Notes: generated by a model not told the origin, from the sequence alone. Numbered from the stretch's first letter, positions 28,559 through 38,688 are shown. The stretch: DNA of 62,915 nt from Candidatus Parvarchaeum sp. (GCA_049965555.1 JBMFWF010000005.1:1-62915), one strand, 5' to 3'. Translations and numbers: made by a program.

Positions 28559-29617
28559 TCATTTTAGACTACTTGCTTCCTCCAAAAACAGCTTTTTGAA
28601 TTTTTCCCTGTCTTTGTAATCTATAGAGCCGCCGGAAGCTTTATCGTGCCCTCCTCCTTCTCCTTTCATTTTTTTGAATATATTGTTAAGCATCGCCGGC
28701 AGTTTTATCTCTACACCATTTGCTCTTAAGTTAAGGCGCATAGTTCTCGCATTTATCTTTGTCATGAACACAAGCACATTGCCGTAGTATTCCTTGTCAA
28801 AGCTCAGTTCTGTTACAAGAGTAGAGGAATACCTTTTCTTTTTCTGGTCCAATTCATAAAAGTATATCTTTCCATACTTCTGTGCGTTTTCTTTGAAATC
28901 TTTTTTAAGTTTTTCAAGTTCTTCTCTTACCTTTTTGTCCGCAAAAACAAGTTTTTGGTTGCCAAGAACCTCAGAAATTGAATTGCTGTTGATCAATATA
29001 CCTAACGCTTCATCCGCTCCTTCTCTGTTGTATAAGGTTGTCATTGCACCTATCATACTGGCGGCCTTTCCAAAATCATTATCATACATGAACTCATCTT
29101 TTCCTATCTTTATTCCGTATTTCTCCGCTGTTTTTTTCACGAATTCGGAATTTTCCTTTCCACCCGAATCTCCAACAAGGCCTATTGCAGAAGCCCAGTC
29201 AAGTTCCTTTATTTCCTGTTCAAATATCCTGTAAATCAATAATGAACAAGGAGTATAGGTATTGTCTCCCCATATTTTTGGATTTGCGTAGGCCTTTAAA
29301 TCTGCGTTTATTATTTGATGATGGTCTATTATGCAGAGGTTCTTGTCCTTAAACAGCGGCAATTGTTCTTCTCTTATCTGCATGTCGCAAATGATTATAT
29401 TTTTGCTGTATTCCTGCATGTCAATGTCTTTGTAGTCTTCATAGTTTGTAGGCCTGTAGTAATAAACTCCTTTATTTATCTTTTTAAGAGCTGCAGTAAG
29501 CAATGCAGCACTTACTATGCCATCAGTATCAAGGTGGTAAAAGACAGTGAAATCGTTGTTTTTTGATACAAATTCTCTTACACTTTCTATGCTTTCTTTC
29601 TTCTTTATTTCATCCAT
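28559..29617 (-). CDS. DHH/DHHA1 phosphoesterase (RecJ/NrnA-like)
   Basis: H.DTDG, ICD, IDHH, GGGH..ASG. Confidence 0.9.
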   Translation of the reverse strand: MDEIKKKESIESVREFVSKNNDFTVFYHLDTDGIVSAALLTAALKKINKGVYYYRPTNYEDYKDIDMQEYSKNIIICDMQIREEQLPLFKDKNLCIIDHHQIINADLKAYANPKIWGDNTYTPCSLLIYRIFEQEIKELDWASAIGLVGDSGGKENSEFVKKTAEKYGIKIGKDEFMYDNDFGKAASMIGAMTTLYNREGADEALGILINSNSISEVLGNQKLVFADKKVREELEKLKKDFKENAQKYGKIYFYELDQKKKRYSSTLVTELSFDKEYYGNVLVFMTKINARTMRLNLRANGVEIKLPAMLNNIFKKMKGEGGGHDKASGGSIDYKDREKFKKLFLEEASSLK

Positions 29618-29656
29618 AAGAATATCTAAGGGTTATACTACTAATATTTATTGTAT

Positions 29657-31837
29657 TTAATTGCTGAACTTTTTAAGCAGGTTGTCAAGTAAACGGTTGT
29701 ATCTAGATCCTCCCTCTGCTTCCATAGCAGTTCTTATCCCCTGCAGAGGTATTAATCTATATTTTAAGTATGAAGTTCCTATAGTTGTATCTGTAGGTAT
29801 ATAAATTTCACTTATTCCTTTTGTATAGTTCGGTTTGTGTATTATGTAGCTTTCAAAGTATGTTTCATTCTCGAGAGCAGGCACTGTGATTGCGGCCATA
29901 GTCCTCCACTCATCGTCCTTCTTTTTTAATGCGAATTTTATACCAGGCTCGTGGCAGTCTCCTGCCATTGCTATGTCAACTAAGTCTTTTCCGGTGTTCT
30001 TCACAGTATTCATAAGGGAGGTTCTTGCATCTGCTCCTCCCCTGTAACCTGCACTGTGCATCTGCAACAGCCCATAACTGTCAAGATATGGGGTTTCCCC
30101 TCTTAAAAGATAATCATCTACGTAAACTACCTCTTTGGTACCGTTGTTTTCAAGCTTTGGCCCTATCATCCTGCCCTCGCTTCCATTTCCTGTGGCTCTT
30201 TCAAAGTGGTTTCCTCCAACGACATAGGCTTTTTCAAATAATGGGCCCAAGGGCCTTAGATATTTGTCAAGTCTCTTTTCTTGCTGTCCAAGGTCTATAT
30301 CTGAATTGCCATATACTATTTTATGCAATTCCGACATGAAATTGCTCTTTGCTCTTTCTTTGTCATTATCATTTAGAATGTCTTCAAGCTTTCCCAGAAA
30401 TTCTTCTGGGCTAGGGGCCCTCGGCAATGACATTTTTGTTCTCTGTGCCTTGTCGTTTCCGCCATCAACCATGTCTCCGCCTACAAACAAGATTCTTTTG
30501 TCCTTTGGCACTTGGCTCTTGTTTATTATCTCAGGAACTTTTTCCATCGCTTCATAATCCGATGCAGCATTGCCCACATGCCAATCAGATACTTGGACCA
30601 TTTCGTACAAAGATCCTTTTGTCTTTTCTTTGTTTATTTTGTATGGGTTTATTCCTTTTTTGATTCCGCCTATGTCAATATGCTCTATCTCAACGCTTTT
30701 GTCGTTGTAAACCGATAATAAGGATATGCCGCTGTCTTCAAACTGCGACAATCTTTTTGATACATCTGTCTTGTTAAGGCTAGCCCTCAGTTTGAACTGC
30801 TTGTCTATATCCATTAACGGCCCTTGATTTAATACTAATACAGGGTCTTTTCTGCTTTGGTAATCTAAAGCAGTGAATTCTGTAGCAGACCCTCTGCCGG
30901 TTATATAGATATCTGCAAGTCTTCCATACTGTGCATCCAGATTGGCGTAATCTATTATCATGTTTATATTTCTGTCGCTTGGTTTTCCTTCATTTAATCC
31001 GGCAGTAAGCGCGTTTATTGCATGGAAAACTTTAACTTTTAAGCCATTTATCATTATTTCTGCATCCGGGGTGTTCTCTTCCTTTTCTCCTAAGAAGTTC
31101 TCAAATCTCTTGTACACCTTTATATTATTCTCATTTTTACCGTCATTAAGTACCATGTTGATTAAGTGTAGGTAAATATCATTTGCTTTGTCTTTTATGC
31201 CTTTTTTATCAGAGGTCTTCCACTGCGAAGCCTTGAATTTATAGCTTTCAGGTATTATCGACATTATCCTTTCTATCTCATCGGGTGTTTTATTATCAAG
31301 CTTATTCTGCTTTTTGTTTTTCTTATTTACTTTCATTCTCTCTTCTTCTTTGTTGTTTCTTCTGCTTAGCCTTTCAAGGGCTTCTATTATCATCTTTACG
31401 TTCTTGTAATCTGTAACACCGTAAATGTAGTATATCGGTATATTCCTTTTCTTTGCCTCATAAGCAATGTTTTTCATCTGGATCTTTGCAAGTCTTGCAG
31501 CCTCTGTTAAGTCATCAACAGAATCAGAGCCGTCTTTACCACGTTTTACTTCGTTATATACCTCTTCTCCATATTTTTCCTTTAATCTGTCTTCAACTAA
31601 ATCAAGTCTTTCTCCACGCAGTCTGCTGTATTTGTCAGGTATGTACGCCAATCCACCGTTTATCACAATCCCATCGATTTTTCCTTCATAGCTCTTTATT
31701 ATCTGGCCGACATTATCCAGCAAGTCTTTACTGCTTAATTTAGTCGCAAGTTCCAATTCTGACATAACAAGAAGCCTTAATTTTGAATCAGAAGCGTCAT
31801 TTGGTTTTATTATTTCCTCAAGAGTTTTATTTCCCAT
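29657..31837 (-). CDS. Large protein with C-terminal calcineurin-like metallophosphoesterase and degenerate N-terminal copy
   Basis: C-half SDWHVG, GGDMVDG, GGNH, MH, GDCHE; GGAGG SD upstream. Confidence 0.75.
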   Translation of the reverse strand: MGNKTLEEIIKPNDASDSKLRLLVMSELELATKLSSKDLLDNVGQIIKSYEGKIDGIVINGGLAYIPDKYSRLRGERLDLVEDRLKEKYGEEVYNEVKRGKDGSDSVDDLTEAARLAKIQMKNIAYEAKKRNIPIYYIYGVTDYKNVKMIIEALERLSRRNNKEEERMKVNKKNKKQNKLDNKTPDEIERIMSIIPESYKFKASQWKTSDKKGIKDKANDIYLHLINMVLNDGKNENNIKVYKRFENFLGEKEENTPDAEIMINGLKVKVFHAINALTAGLNEGKPSDRNINMIIDYANLDAQYGRLADIYITGRGSATEFTALDYQSRKDPVLVLNQGPLMDIDKQFKLRASLNKTDVSKRLSQFEDSGISLLSVYNDKSVEIEHIDIGGIKKGINPYKINKEKTKGSLYEMVQVSDWHVGNAASDYEAMEKVPEIINKSQVPKDKRILFVGGDMVDGGNDKAQRTKMSLPRAPSPEEFLGKLEDILNDNDKERAKSNFMSELHKIVYGNSDIDLGQQEKRLDKYLRPLGPLFEKAYVVGGNHFERATGNGSEGRMIGPKLENNGTKEVVYVDDYLLRGETPYLDSYGLLQMHSAGYRGGADARTSLMNTVKNTGKDLVDIAMAGDCHEPGIKFALKKKDDEWRTMAAITVPALENETYFESYIIHKPNYTKGISEIYIPTDTTIGTSYLKYRLIPLQGIRTAMEAEGGSRYNRLLDNLLKKFSN

Positions 31838-31910
31838 AATTTCATCCCCCTCCTGTTAATAAATTGATTTTCTCTTTTATAAATTAAAGGTGAGTATTAC
31901 TATGGTATTA

Positions 31911-33203
31911 CTATATTTCGCTGAAGCCTGTGTATTTTCTAAGTACCTCTGGAATAACTATCGTTCCATCCCTCTGCTGATAAGTATCGATTATTGCTAT
32001 CATAGTTCTTTGTATCGGCAACCCTGTTCCGTCCAAAGTATAAACATAATCTTTGTTTCCTCTTTTATCAACATATTTTATGTTTAATCTTCTGGATATC
32101 CAGTCAGTAGTATTGTCAAATGAGCCTACCTCCCTGTATTTTCCCTGCGAGTAAAGGTAAGCTTCTATGTCATACTGTTTTACATCTCTAACCCCCATAT
32201 CACCTGTAGAACAGCTCACAACTCTATAAGGTATGTTTAACTCTTGCCATATCTCCTCAATATTTCCTAACATTTCTTCATGGAAGCGTTTTGAGTCTTC
32301 AGGTTTGCAAAGTACTATCTGCTCGGTCTGGTCGAATTGGTGTAGCCTAAATATCCCCTTCGTGTCTTTTCCATGTGCTCCCGCTTCTTTTCTGAAAGCA
32401 GGGCTTACCCCGACCATTTTTATAGGAAGTTCCTCTTCAGGTATTGCTTCATTCGAATACTGAGCTATCATCGGATGCTCAGTTGTAGAGATAAGAAAAC
32501 GTTCCTCTTCTCCTTCTTCTTCAATGCCTGTAACCTTGTAGAGAGCATCTTCAAATGTAGCCATGTGCGCTATCCCGCTGTAAATGTCTCTTTTTATCAT
32601 AAACGGCGGTAATATTGGTGTATAGCCTTTTGAAGCGATTTTTTGAATCGAGTACATCTCTAACGCAAGTTCCAGCTGTACAAGCTTGCCTCTTATAAAC
32701 ACGAATCTACTTCCTGCAATCTTTGCGGCCTTTTCCACGTCTAAAAGTTTTCTTTCCTGCCCAAGATCAATGTGGTTTTTTGTTGTGAAATCTCTTTTTT
32801 TGATTTCTCCGAATTTTCTTATCTCTACATTGTCATTATCATCCTTTCCTTCTGGAGCTTCAGGGCTTACCACATTGGGCAACCATAAAAACAGATTTTT
32901 AGCTTCTTCTTCGTATTTTGCTATCTCCTCTTCCATTGTTTTTATTTGTTGCATCAGCTCTCTTACGTTTTTCCTGTCGCTTTCCTTTTCTTCTGCATTG
33001 TCTTTGTTTTCAGCGAATTCTCTGCTTATTGTATTTCTTTTGTGCCTTAGTTCGTCTACGCTGCTTCTGGTCTTCTTTATCAGTTCATTTAATTCTATCA
33101 ATCTGTCGACAGGATTCTCTATCGGTGGTGTTAAAAATCTCTTCTTTATAGAGGAAATAAGCTCATCCCTGTGATCCTTTACGTAATTCAAATCATAATT
33201 CAT
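31911..33203 (-). CDS. serS: Seryl-tRNA synthetase (bacterial/standard type)
   Basis: N-terminal coiled arm, LPN, FRKEAG.HGKDTKGIFRLHQF, YREVGS, YTLDGT, IPEVLR. Confidence 0.96.
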   Translation of the reverse strand: MNYDLNYVKDHRDELISSIKKRFLTPPIENPVDRLIELNELIKKTRSSVDELRHKRNTISREFAENKDNAEEKESDRKNVRELMQQIKTMEEEIAKYEEEAKNLFLWLPNVVSPEAPEGKDDNDNVEIRKFGEIKKRDFTTKNHIDLGQERKLLDVEKAAKIAGSRFVFIRGKLVQLELALEMYSIQKIASKGYTPILPPFMIKRDIYSGIAHMATFEDALYKVTGIEEEGEEERFLISTTEHPMIAQYSNEAIPEEELPIKMVGVSPAFRKEAGAHGKDTKGIFRLHQFDQTEQIVLCKPEDSKRFHEEMLGNIEEIWQELNIPYRVVSCSTGDMGVRDVKQYDIEAYLYSQGKYREVGSFDNTTDWISRRLNIKYVDKRGNKDYVYTLDGTGLPIQRTMIAIIDTYQQRDGTIVIPEVLRKYTGFSEI

Positions 33204-33290
33204 ATTGAAATATTATAATTTATCAATAAAAGCTTTTTTATTTCATTTTAAATAAGCTTTTATATTTTATCTGTAGTTGTTAGTAATTAT

Positions 33291-33363
33291 GGGCCCGTGG
33301 TCCAGCGGTTATGACGTCTGCTTGACGTGCAGAAGACCAAGGGTTCGAATCCCTTCGGGCCCA
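33291..33363 (+). tRNA. tRNA-Val(GAC)
   Basis: GGGCCCG/CGGGCCC acceptor, TCTGC-TTGACGT-GCAGA, AAGGG-TTCGAAT-CCCTT. Confidence 0.96.
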
Positions 33364-33400
33364 TCTATCCTTTTTTAATTCTTCAGGCCCTAAAAAATTA

Positions 33401-34500
33401 CTATATAAAATACATTATAACTGCAGAGATAGTCGCATTAATGATCAAAAATAGGAATGATATCTTAAAAAATGAGGAGTATCTCCCTCTCTCTTTTGTC
33501 TGCCTTATCCCTATGATGTTTGCAAGTGAAGCAACAATAGTACCATTCCCCCCTATATTTACGCCCCATAATAAGGGAATAAAGTTAAAAGTCTTCAAAA
33601 GAACAGATGCAGGGACATTGCTTATAATCTGAGAGATTAAAATTGCGTATATGAATTGATAAAGCGTTGAATTGCTCTTTGGTAAGGGGATTATAGAACT
33701 GAGCGAACCGAATACCATAAAGATAATGAAAAAAATAAGGATAAGGAAGGTATCTACCCTTCCCAGGATTACCAACCTTTTTGATCCCGGTATCCTTATC
33801 AATGCAAGTATGGAAATAGAGATTGCAATCATCGCTATGAAAAAATATTCACTATAATTTAGAAGCATAGCTATAACATCTATTATGAAAATTACAAGTG
33901 AAGAATAAAAAAGTGGCAAGTGCGGTCTCTTTTCTTTATATCTTACTTTTAATTCGCCGTCGTTTACTAAGAAGAAAGTGAATACAAAAAGGAGGATGGT
34001 GGATATTAGGAAAGCAGGCAATACCCCCATAATAAAACTAATAGGATTTTGGTGGTAGCGCAAAAATATTATTATGTTCTGCGGATTGCCAAAAGGTGTC
34101 AACATAGAACCTACATTCGCAGCTATAATTTGCATTATTATAGTGTTTAAAAGGCTCCTTTTCGATATTACTCCTATCTCCACTGTTATTGGTATAAGGA
34201 TTAGAAGAGAAGCGTCGTTTGTCATCGCAATCGATACAAGGAATGTTATCGCAACTAAAAGTATGGATATCTTCTTGACTCTTTTTAATCTTTTAGCGAG
34301 TTTTGCCGCATAAAATCTACTTCTCTAGATGCGAGTATACCTGTGTTTGCTATCAAAAGCGATGTTATTATTATGAAGGCTCTTGTGTAAGTTTGTTTTA
34401 ATACAACTTTGCCTGAAAATATCAAATATACAGATAATACTATTATAACAGTATAAATCAACCCTCTAATCAGAGCTGTCCGGCTTTTTAGCATATACAT
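33401..34500 (-). pseudogene. ArsB/NhaD/SLC13 (YbiR-like) anion permease split by a 1-nt frameshift near 34312-34315
   Basis: ORF 34285-34500 joins the frame of 33401-34225 if one T is added at GAT TTT (T)AT, giving ...VDFYAAKLAKRL...TNDA; motifs AANVGSMLTPFGNPQN, SNVPA, GGNGT..ASLAN. Confidence 0.8.
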
Positions 34501-34501
34501 T

Positions 34502-35002
34502 TCAAGTTAAGTCTGCCAATGCTCTCATGCTTTTAATAACATTTTTATAGCTGTAACCGAATTCCTCAGCGAATGCGCAAAGCTGGAAGAAGGACTTTAC
34601 ATCGCTAGCGTTTTCAGATCCAGAGGAATACAAGCAATTTACTCCATAGTCATTGCAAAGTTTTCCATTTATCAAAAGGTTCTTGTAAACCTTGAACATG
34701 TTTTCACTTTTTTCAAGCGCTGAAAAGCTGAATATAACCACCATATCATTTTCCTTAAGCTTGCTGCATAAGCCTTTGTTCAGAAGGAAGCCGTTTAACT
34801 CCAAATCATATATGAATTTCGCTTTTCCTTTCCTAATCACAAAGTCATAGTCTTTTCCAGAATAGGCTTTGAATTCAAAGTTTTCATCTTTTGTAATATT
34901 CTTTATGCTCTGGTCTTTTAGAAGTAATATGTTGTCAAAGCCTAGTTGCCTTAACCTTTCTACAATCTCTTTTGAATCTTTTCTTATAACGTCAATTTTC
35001 AT
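34502..35002 (-). CDS. rnp3: Shortened RNase P protein subunit Rpp30-like
   Basis: LCSKLKENDMVVIFSF...KLCNDYGV.CLYSSGS....DVKS...L.AFA..FG resembles the C-terminal half of the Rpp30 PHP barrel. Confidence 0.65.
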   Translation of the reverse strand: MKIDVIRKDSKEIVERLRQLGFDNILLLKDQSIKNITKDENFEFKAYSGKDYDFVIRKGKAKFIYDLELNGFLLNKGLCSKLKENDMVVIFSFSALEKSENMFKVYKNLLINGKLCNDYGVNCLYSSGSENASDVKSFFQLCAFAEEFGYSYKNVIKSMRALADLT

Positions 35003-35065
35003 TAACTATACTAATTATGCACTAAATAAAACTTTATATATAAGTAAATAGAAACCTATAAGATT

Positions 35066-35254
35066 ATGGCAGAAAGATCTAATCCAGTTGCTGATAGCAG
35101 GCTGTTCTATAACGTATACGTATGCAGAAATTGCAATGCAAAGATACGCGTTTCAAGCCAAAAAGTCCTTAGGAGGAATGAAGTAAGGTGCAGAAACTGC
35201 GGTTCTTCAGCATTAAGGCCTAAACACAAAGAATTAAGAAAGCTGAAGGTGTAG
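35066..35254 (+). CDS. rpl40e: 50S ribosomal protein L40e
   Basis: P.A..RL...YVCRNCNAK......CRNCG...LRPK.KE. Confidence 0.85.
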   Translation: MAERSNPVADSRLFYNVYVCRNCNAKIRVSSQKVLRRNEVRCRNCGSSALRPKHKELRKLKV

Positions 35255-35261
35255 GTATATA

Positions 35262-36515
35262 ATGTCAGTTTTAAGCGTGCTCTTAGCAAATGGAGATAAC
35301 TTACTTTTAACAATAATAATACTTGCAATATTCGGATTATTTGTAATAGTAAAAAGAAAAAGGTTTGATGTAGAAGGGAAGGTGGTGTTTCTTTACAAAA
35401 CGAAGATCGGACTTAAAGCAATGAAAAAGCTGGCAAGGTTCAAACGGCTGATAAACATTTATTCAACAATAGGCGTGTTTGTTGCGCTCGCAGGCATAGG
35501 CTTTGTGCTTTATCTTTTCCTGCCTTACCTTTACCTTATGATAACAAGTCCAAAGACTACTTTTCCAGCTGTAGCACCTTTGTTTCCGGTTTCTATATCT
35601 GTGGGAGGGATTCCGGTTTTAATAGGGGTCCCTATACTTTATATATTAATATCCATAATCGTACTTGCGGCTTTACATGAAGCTTCTCATGGCGTTGTTG
35701 CCCTCTCTAAAAACATAAAGATAAAATCCACTGGTTTCGGCTTCCTATTTGGAGTTCTTCCCTTGGCCTTTGTAGAGCCAGATGAAAAGAAAGTAGTGAA
35801 GGCAAAGAGGATTGACCGTTTGAGAATATTCGCCGCAGGCGCATTTACGAATGTGGTTTTAGGCTTTGTCTTTTTTGGCGCGTATTTACTGCTTTCCCAT
35901 TTCATGGTTTCTGCCAATTTAGTTTCATACTCTCCGTATTATCTCGACGTTTCAACGGTTGTAAATAACAGCCCTGCCAGTCTTGTTTCTTTGCCGGTAA
36001 ACTCGACCGTTTCAGAGATAAATGGCCATCAGTTCTATTCAGAACAACAGGCTTTATCTGATCTTAATGTCAAACCGGGGCAGTATGTTAATTTCACATT
36101 AACTAATGGGAAGGTTTATTCAATGAAAACAACGTATAACTCATCAATAAATAATACCTATCATAGTTACATTGGAGTTGGCGGGTTTTTCTCACTTGCA
36201 AAGCCTCCTGCTTTTATAATAGAGCCAATCTCTGTCACTGCCTTCCCAAATAATTCTTTTACTTCGCAGTCCCTCTACTGGATAGACGGGCTTTTTCTAT
36301 GGTTATGGGTAATCTCGTTTAGCCTTGCAATAGTTAACATACTCCCTCTGTCTTATCTTGTAGACGGAGGAAAGATATTCTTTGATGCTTTGGGCTACGT
36401 CGTGAAAAATGAAAAGAAAGCGCTTGCAATCCTTAATATAGTTGCCTTTCTTTTTATTCTGCTTTTGGTTCTTTTGAGCCCTATCGGCTCAATAATATTT
36501 ACGGCCTTGAAATAA
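35262..36515 (+). CDS. Site-2 protease (M50) with PDZ-like insert
   Basis: LHEASHG, AFVEPDE, AAGAFTN, NILP...DGG. Confidence 0.92.
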   Translation: MSVLSVLLANGDNLLLTIIILAIFGLFVIVKRKRFDVEGKVVFLYKTKIGLKAMKKLARFKRLINIYSTIGVFVALAGIGFVLYLFLPYLYLMITSPKTTFPAVAPLFPVSISVGGIPVLIGVPILYILISIIVLAALHEASHGVVALSKNIKIKSTGFGFLFGVLPLAFVEPDEKKVVKAKRIDRLRIFAAGAFTNVVLGFVFFGAYLLLSHFMVSANLVSYSPYYLDVSTVVNNSPASLVSLPVNSTVSEINGHQFYSEQQALSDLNVKPGQYVNFTLTNGKVYSMKTTYNSSINNTYHSYIGVGGFFSLAKPPAFIIEPISVTAFPNNSFTSQSLYWIDGLFLWLWVISFSLAIVNILPLSYLVDGGKIFFDALGYVVKNEKKALAILNIVAFLFILLLVLLSPIGSIIFTALK

Positions 36516-36567
36516 GATTTTACATTTAAATCGAAAAGGTTAAATCTTTGATTTACTATATAAAAAA

Positions 36568-37206
36568 ATGGCTACAAAAAAAATTAAGAATAAAGTGAAA
36601 AAAGTAAAGGCTAAGCCTAAGATAAAAAAGACAAAAAAAGCGACTGTAAAAAGGGAAAAGAAGATAGTAATCGATACTAATAAACTTTTGAAACTTGAAG
36701 AGGCAAGAAAATACGTTGTTGATGTTGCAGGCGAAAAAGGCCTGGAAGTCTTTGAGTTCCTTATTTCCAAGGGAGAAATGGAAGAGAATTTGCTTGCAAA
36801 GAAGCTTAAGTTTGAAAAGGCAAATGCAATAAGAAAGTTCCTTTATAGGCTTTACAACAAGAATCTTGTTTCATACAGAAAGGTGAGAAAGAACAACAAA
36901 GCATGGTATACATACTTCTGGAGCGCTAATCCGGAAAAACTTGTATTCATAATAAGAGAGATGTATGAAGAAGAGATAAAACAGACTAAAAAATCAATGG
37001 AATTGAACAAAGCAGAGGACTTCTATGTGTGTGACATATGCAACAGAAGATATGACGTAAATGAAGCCCTTCAAAATGACTTTAGGTGCAGAAATGACGG
37101 CGGCGTGCTTACGCATATAGAGTCAGGAAAAATACTTGAAGACAAGCAGAGCAGGATAGACTTTCTTAACAAGAAATTGCATGCATTAGACCAGCTTGTT
37201 AAGTAA
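36568..37206 (+). CDS. tfe: Transcription factor E alpha
   Basis: wHTH IRKFLYRLY...LVSY.......WYTYFW, Zn ribbon FYVC..C...EA....FRC..DG..L. Confidence 0.9.
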   Translation: MATKKIKNKVKKVKAKPKIKKTKKATVKREKKIVIDTNKLLKLEEARKYVVDVAGEKGLEVFEFLISKGEMEENLLAKKLKFEKANAIRKFLYRLYNKNLVSYRKVRKNNKAWYTYFWSANPEKLVFIIREMYEEEIKQTKKSMELNKAEDFYVCDICNRRYDVNEALQNDFRCRNDGGVLTHIESGKILEDKQSRIDFLNKKLHALDQLVK

Positions 37207-37208
37207 AC

Positions 37209-37499
37209 TTATTTCACATTTTCCAGGACACAGTTGTAATTAAGGTTTATCTCATTGCTATTTGAGCAGACAGTAGACGCAGTTGAATTAACAGCTGCAC
37301 AAGAATAACCGAAACTTGCATTCTCTTTTATGCAAGTGTTGCTTGTTAATGTGTGGTTGGCTATTATGTTATGGCATTCCAATTCACATATCCCAATTGC
37401 AATCTGTCTATGATTTTCATATGGATTTGTGTAGAATATGGCAGCGCCTACTACAAGCGCCAGGATGACGATTAACACAGCATAATATCCTTTGTCCAT
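37209..37499 (-). CDS. Small membrane-anchored Cys-rich secreted protein
   Basis: N-terminal TM helix, six Cys, N-glycosylation sequons. Confidence 0.7.
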   Translation of the reverse strand: MDKGYYAVLIVILALVVGAAIFYTNPYENHRQIAIGICELECHNIIANHTLTSNTCIKENASFGYSCAAVNSTASTVCSNSNEINLNYNCVLENVK

Positions 37500-37570
37500 A
37501 CTTTTTTAATAATATTATGTATAACTTAATATAAAAAAGCGTTTAAAATGTAAAAACTGTTAATAATCAT

Positions 37571-37975
37571 ATGGCGAAAAGAGTGTCTGCATTAGTAATA
37601 AGGGGAAACAAAGTATTGATGGTAAAACTCAAAGAGCAAGATAAATATATGCCCAGAGCAACATGGGTCTTCCCTTTTATTGATTTAGATGAGGAGAAAA
37701 GCCCTAGAAGGGAAATCCTTTCACTTATGGAAAAATTCAACATAACAGTTAATCTTACGGGCAAGGTATTCAAGTATTACCCAAGCGAAAATCCAAAATT
37801 ATTGTATTTCCTGTACGTAATGGAGCATGTCAATGGAGAACCGGAGGTTCTATCTTTTTTCCAAAGCTATAGATGGGTACCTATGACCGATATAACTGCT
37901 TATTCCACCTCTTTTATGGACAACAATGTTTCTAGGTTTTTGGAAGAAAAAGCAAAAGAATACGATGAAAATTAA
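37571..37975 (+). CDS. Nudix-fold protein with degenerate Nudix box
   Basis: RVSALVIRGNKVLMVK....W.FP...LDEEKSP..., YRWV; lacks the GG and REUxEE residues. Confidence 0.6.
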   Translation: MAKRVSALVIRGNKVLMVKLKEQDKYMPRATWVFPFIDLDEEKSPRREILSLMEKFNITVNLTGKVFKYYPSENPKLLYFLYVMEHVNGEPEVLSFFQSYRWVPMTDITAYSTSFMDNNVSRFLEEKAKEYDEN

Positions 37976-38646
37976 ACGTACATGTTTTGTTCTTCTTTCT
38001 CTTTAGGCGCTTGACTTATTCTTTTTAGTAGGCTGTTTATCTGTCCAAGCGTTTTCTTGTATTCAGATATAAGTTCAGAGGTATCTACATGTATATCAAG
38101 CATTCCTTCTAAAACAGAAATTAGCGCTGCTGCCGCTATGCCGTCTGGTATCTCAGCATGCGTTTCTGCCATCAAAACTACAAAAGGGATCTTGCTTTTT
38201 CTTGCTTTGTGTGCAAAGTAGGAATTAAAGCCCATCATTGCGCCCTCAGGCAGTCTTTTGCAGTTTTTTATCTCCTTTTCATTGTAAGTGCTTGCAAAGT
38301 ACACATCACTTTTGTCTTTTGCTTCATCAACTGCAAGCCCATCCAATGCTATTATCTGTTCTGCCTTCTTTTCTTTGTAGATCAGCATTATCTTGTCTGC
38401 CAGCTCGTTTATTGATTTTAAAGGAAGCGGTATCTGCGATGTTATCATTGTAAACCCTTTTCCTTCCAACAATCTTATCGGAGAGAGAAGGTTTCCGTCT
38501 TTGACTACTGCAAATTGCGCAAGTTCATCAATGTCTATCCCGCCAACATCTTTTACGACTCCTTTCTCTTCAAGGAACCTTGCTGCTAATATTGATATGT
38601 AACCCGCAGTTTGAAAAGCAGTTATTATTTTGTTTTTTTCTGCCAT
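37972..38646 (-). CDS. Proteasome assembly chaperone PAC2/PbaA-B family
   Basis: AF..AG....LAARFL, IIALDG, PD..AAA, VDTSEL, C-terminal MYV (HbYX). Confidence 0.82.
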   Translation of the reverse strand: MAEKNKIITAFQTAGYISILAARFLEEKGVVKDVGGIDIDELAQFAVVKDGNLLSPIRLLEGKGFTMITSQIPLPLKSINELADKIMLIYKEKKAEQIIALDGLAVDEAKDKSDVYFASTYNEKEIKNCKRLPEGAMMGFNSYFAHKARKSKIPFVVLMAETHAEIPDGIAAAALISVLEGMLDIHVDTSELISEYKKTLGQINSLLKRISQAPKEKEEQNMYV

Positions 38647-38688
38647 AAATATTATTAAACATATTCCTTTAAATAGCTGCCACAGTGA

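Noticed and set aside
34285-34330. A second mRNA intron explaining the permease frameshift
   Set aside because: No BHB can be drawn, and family spacing fits a 1-nt loss rather than an insertion.
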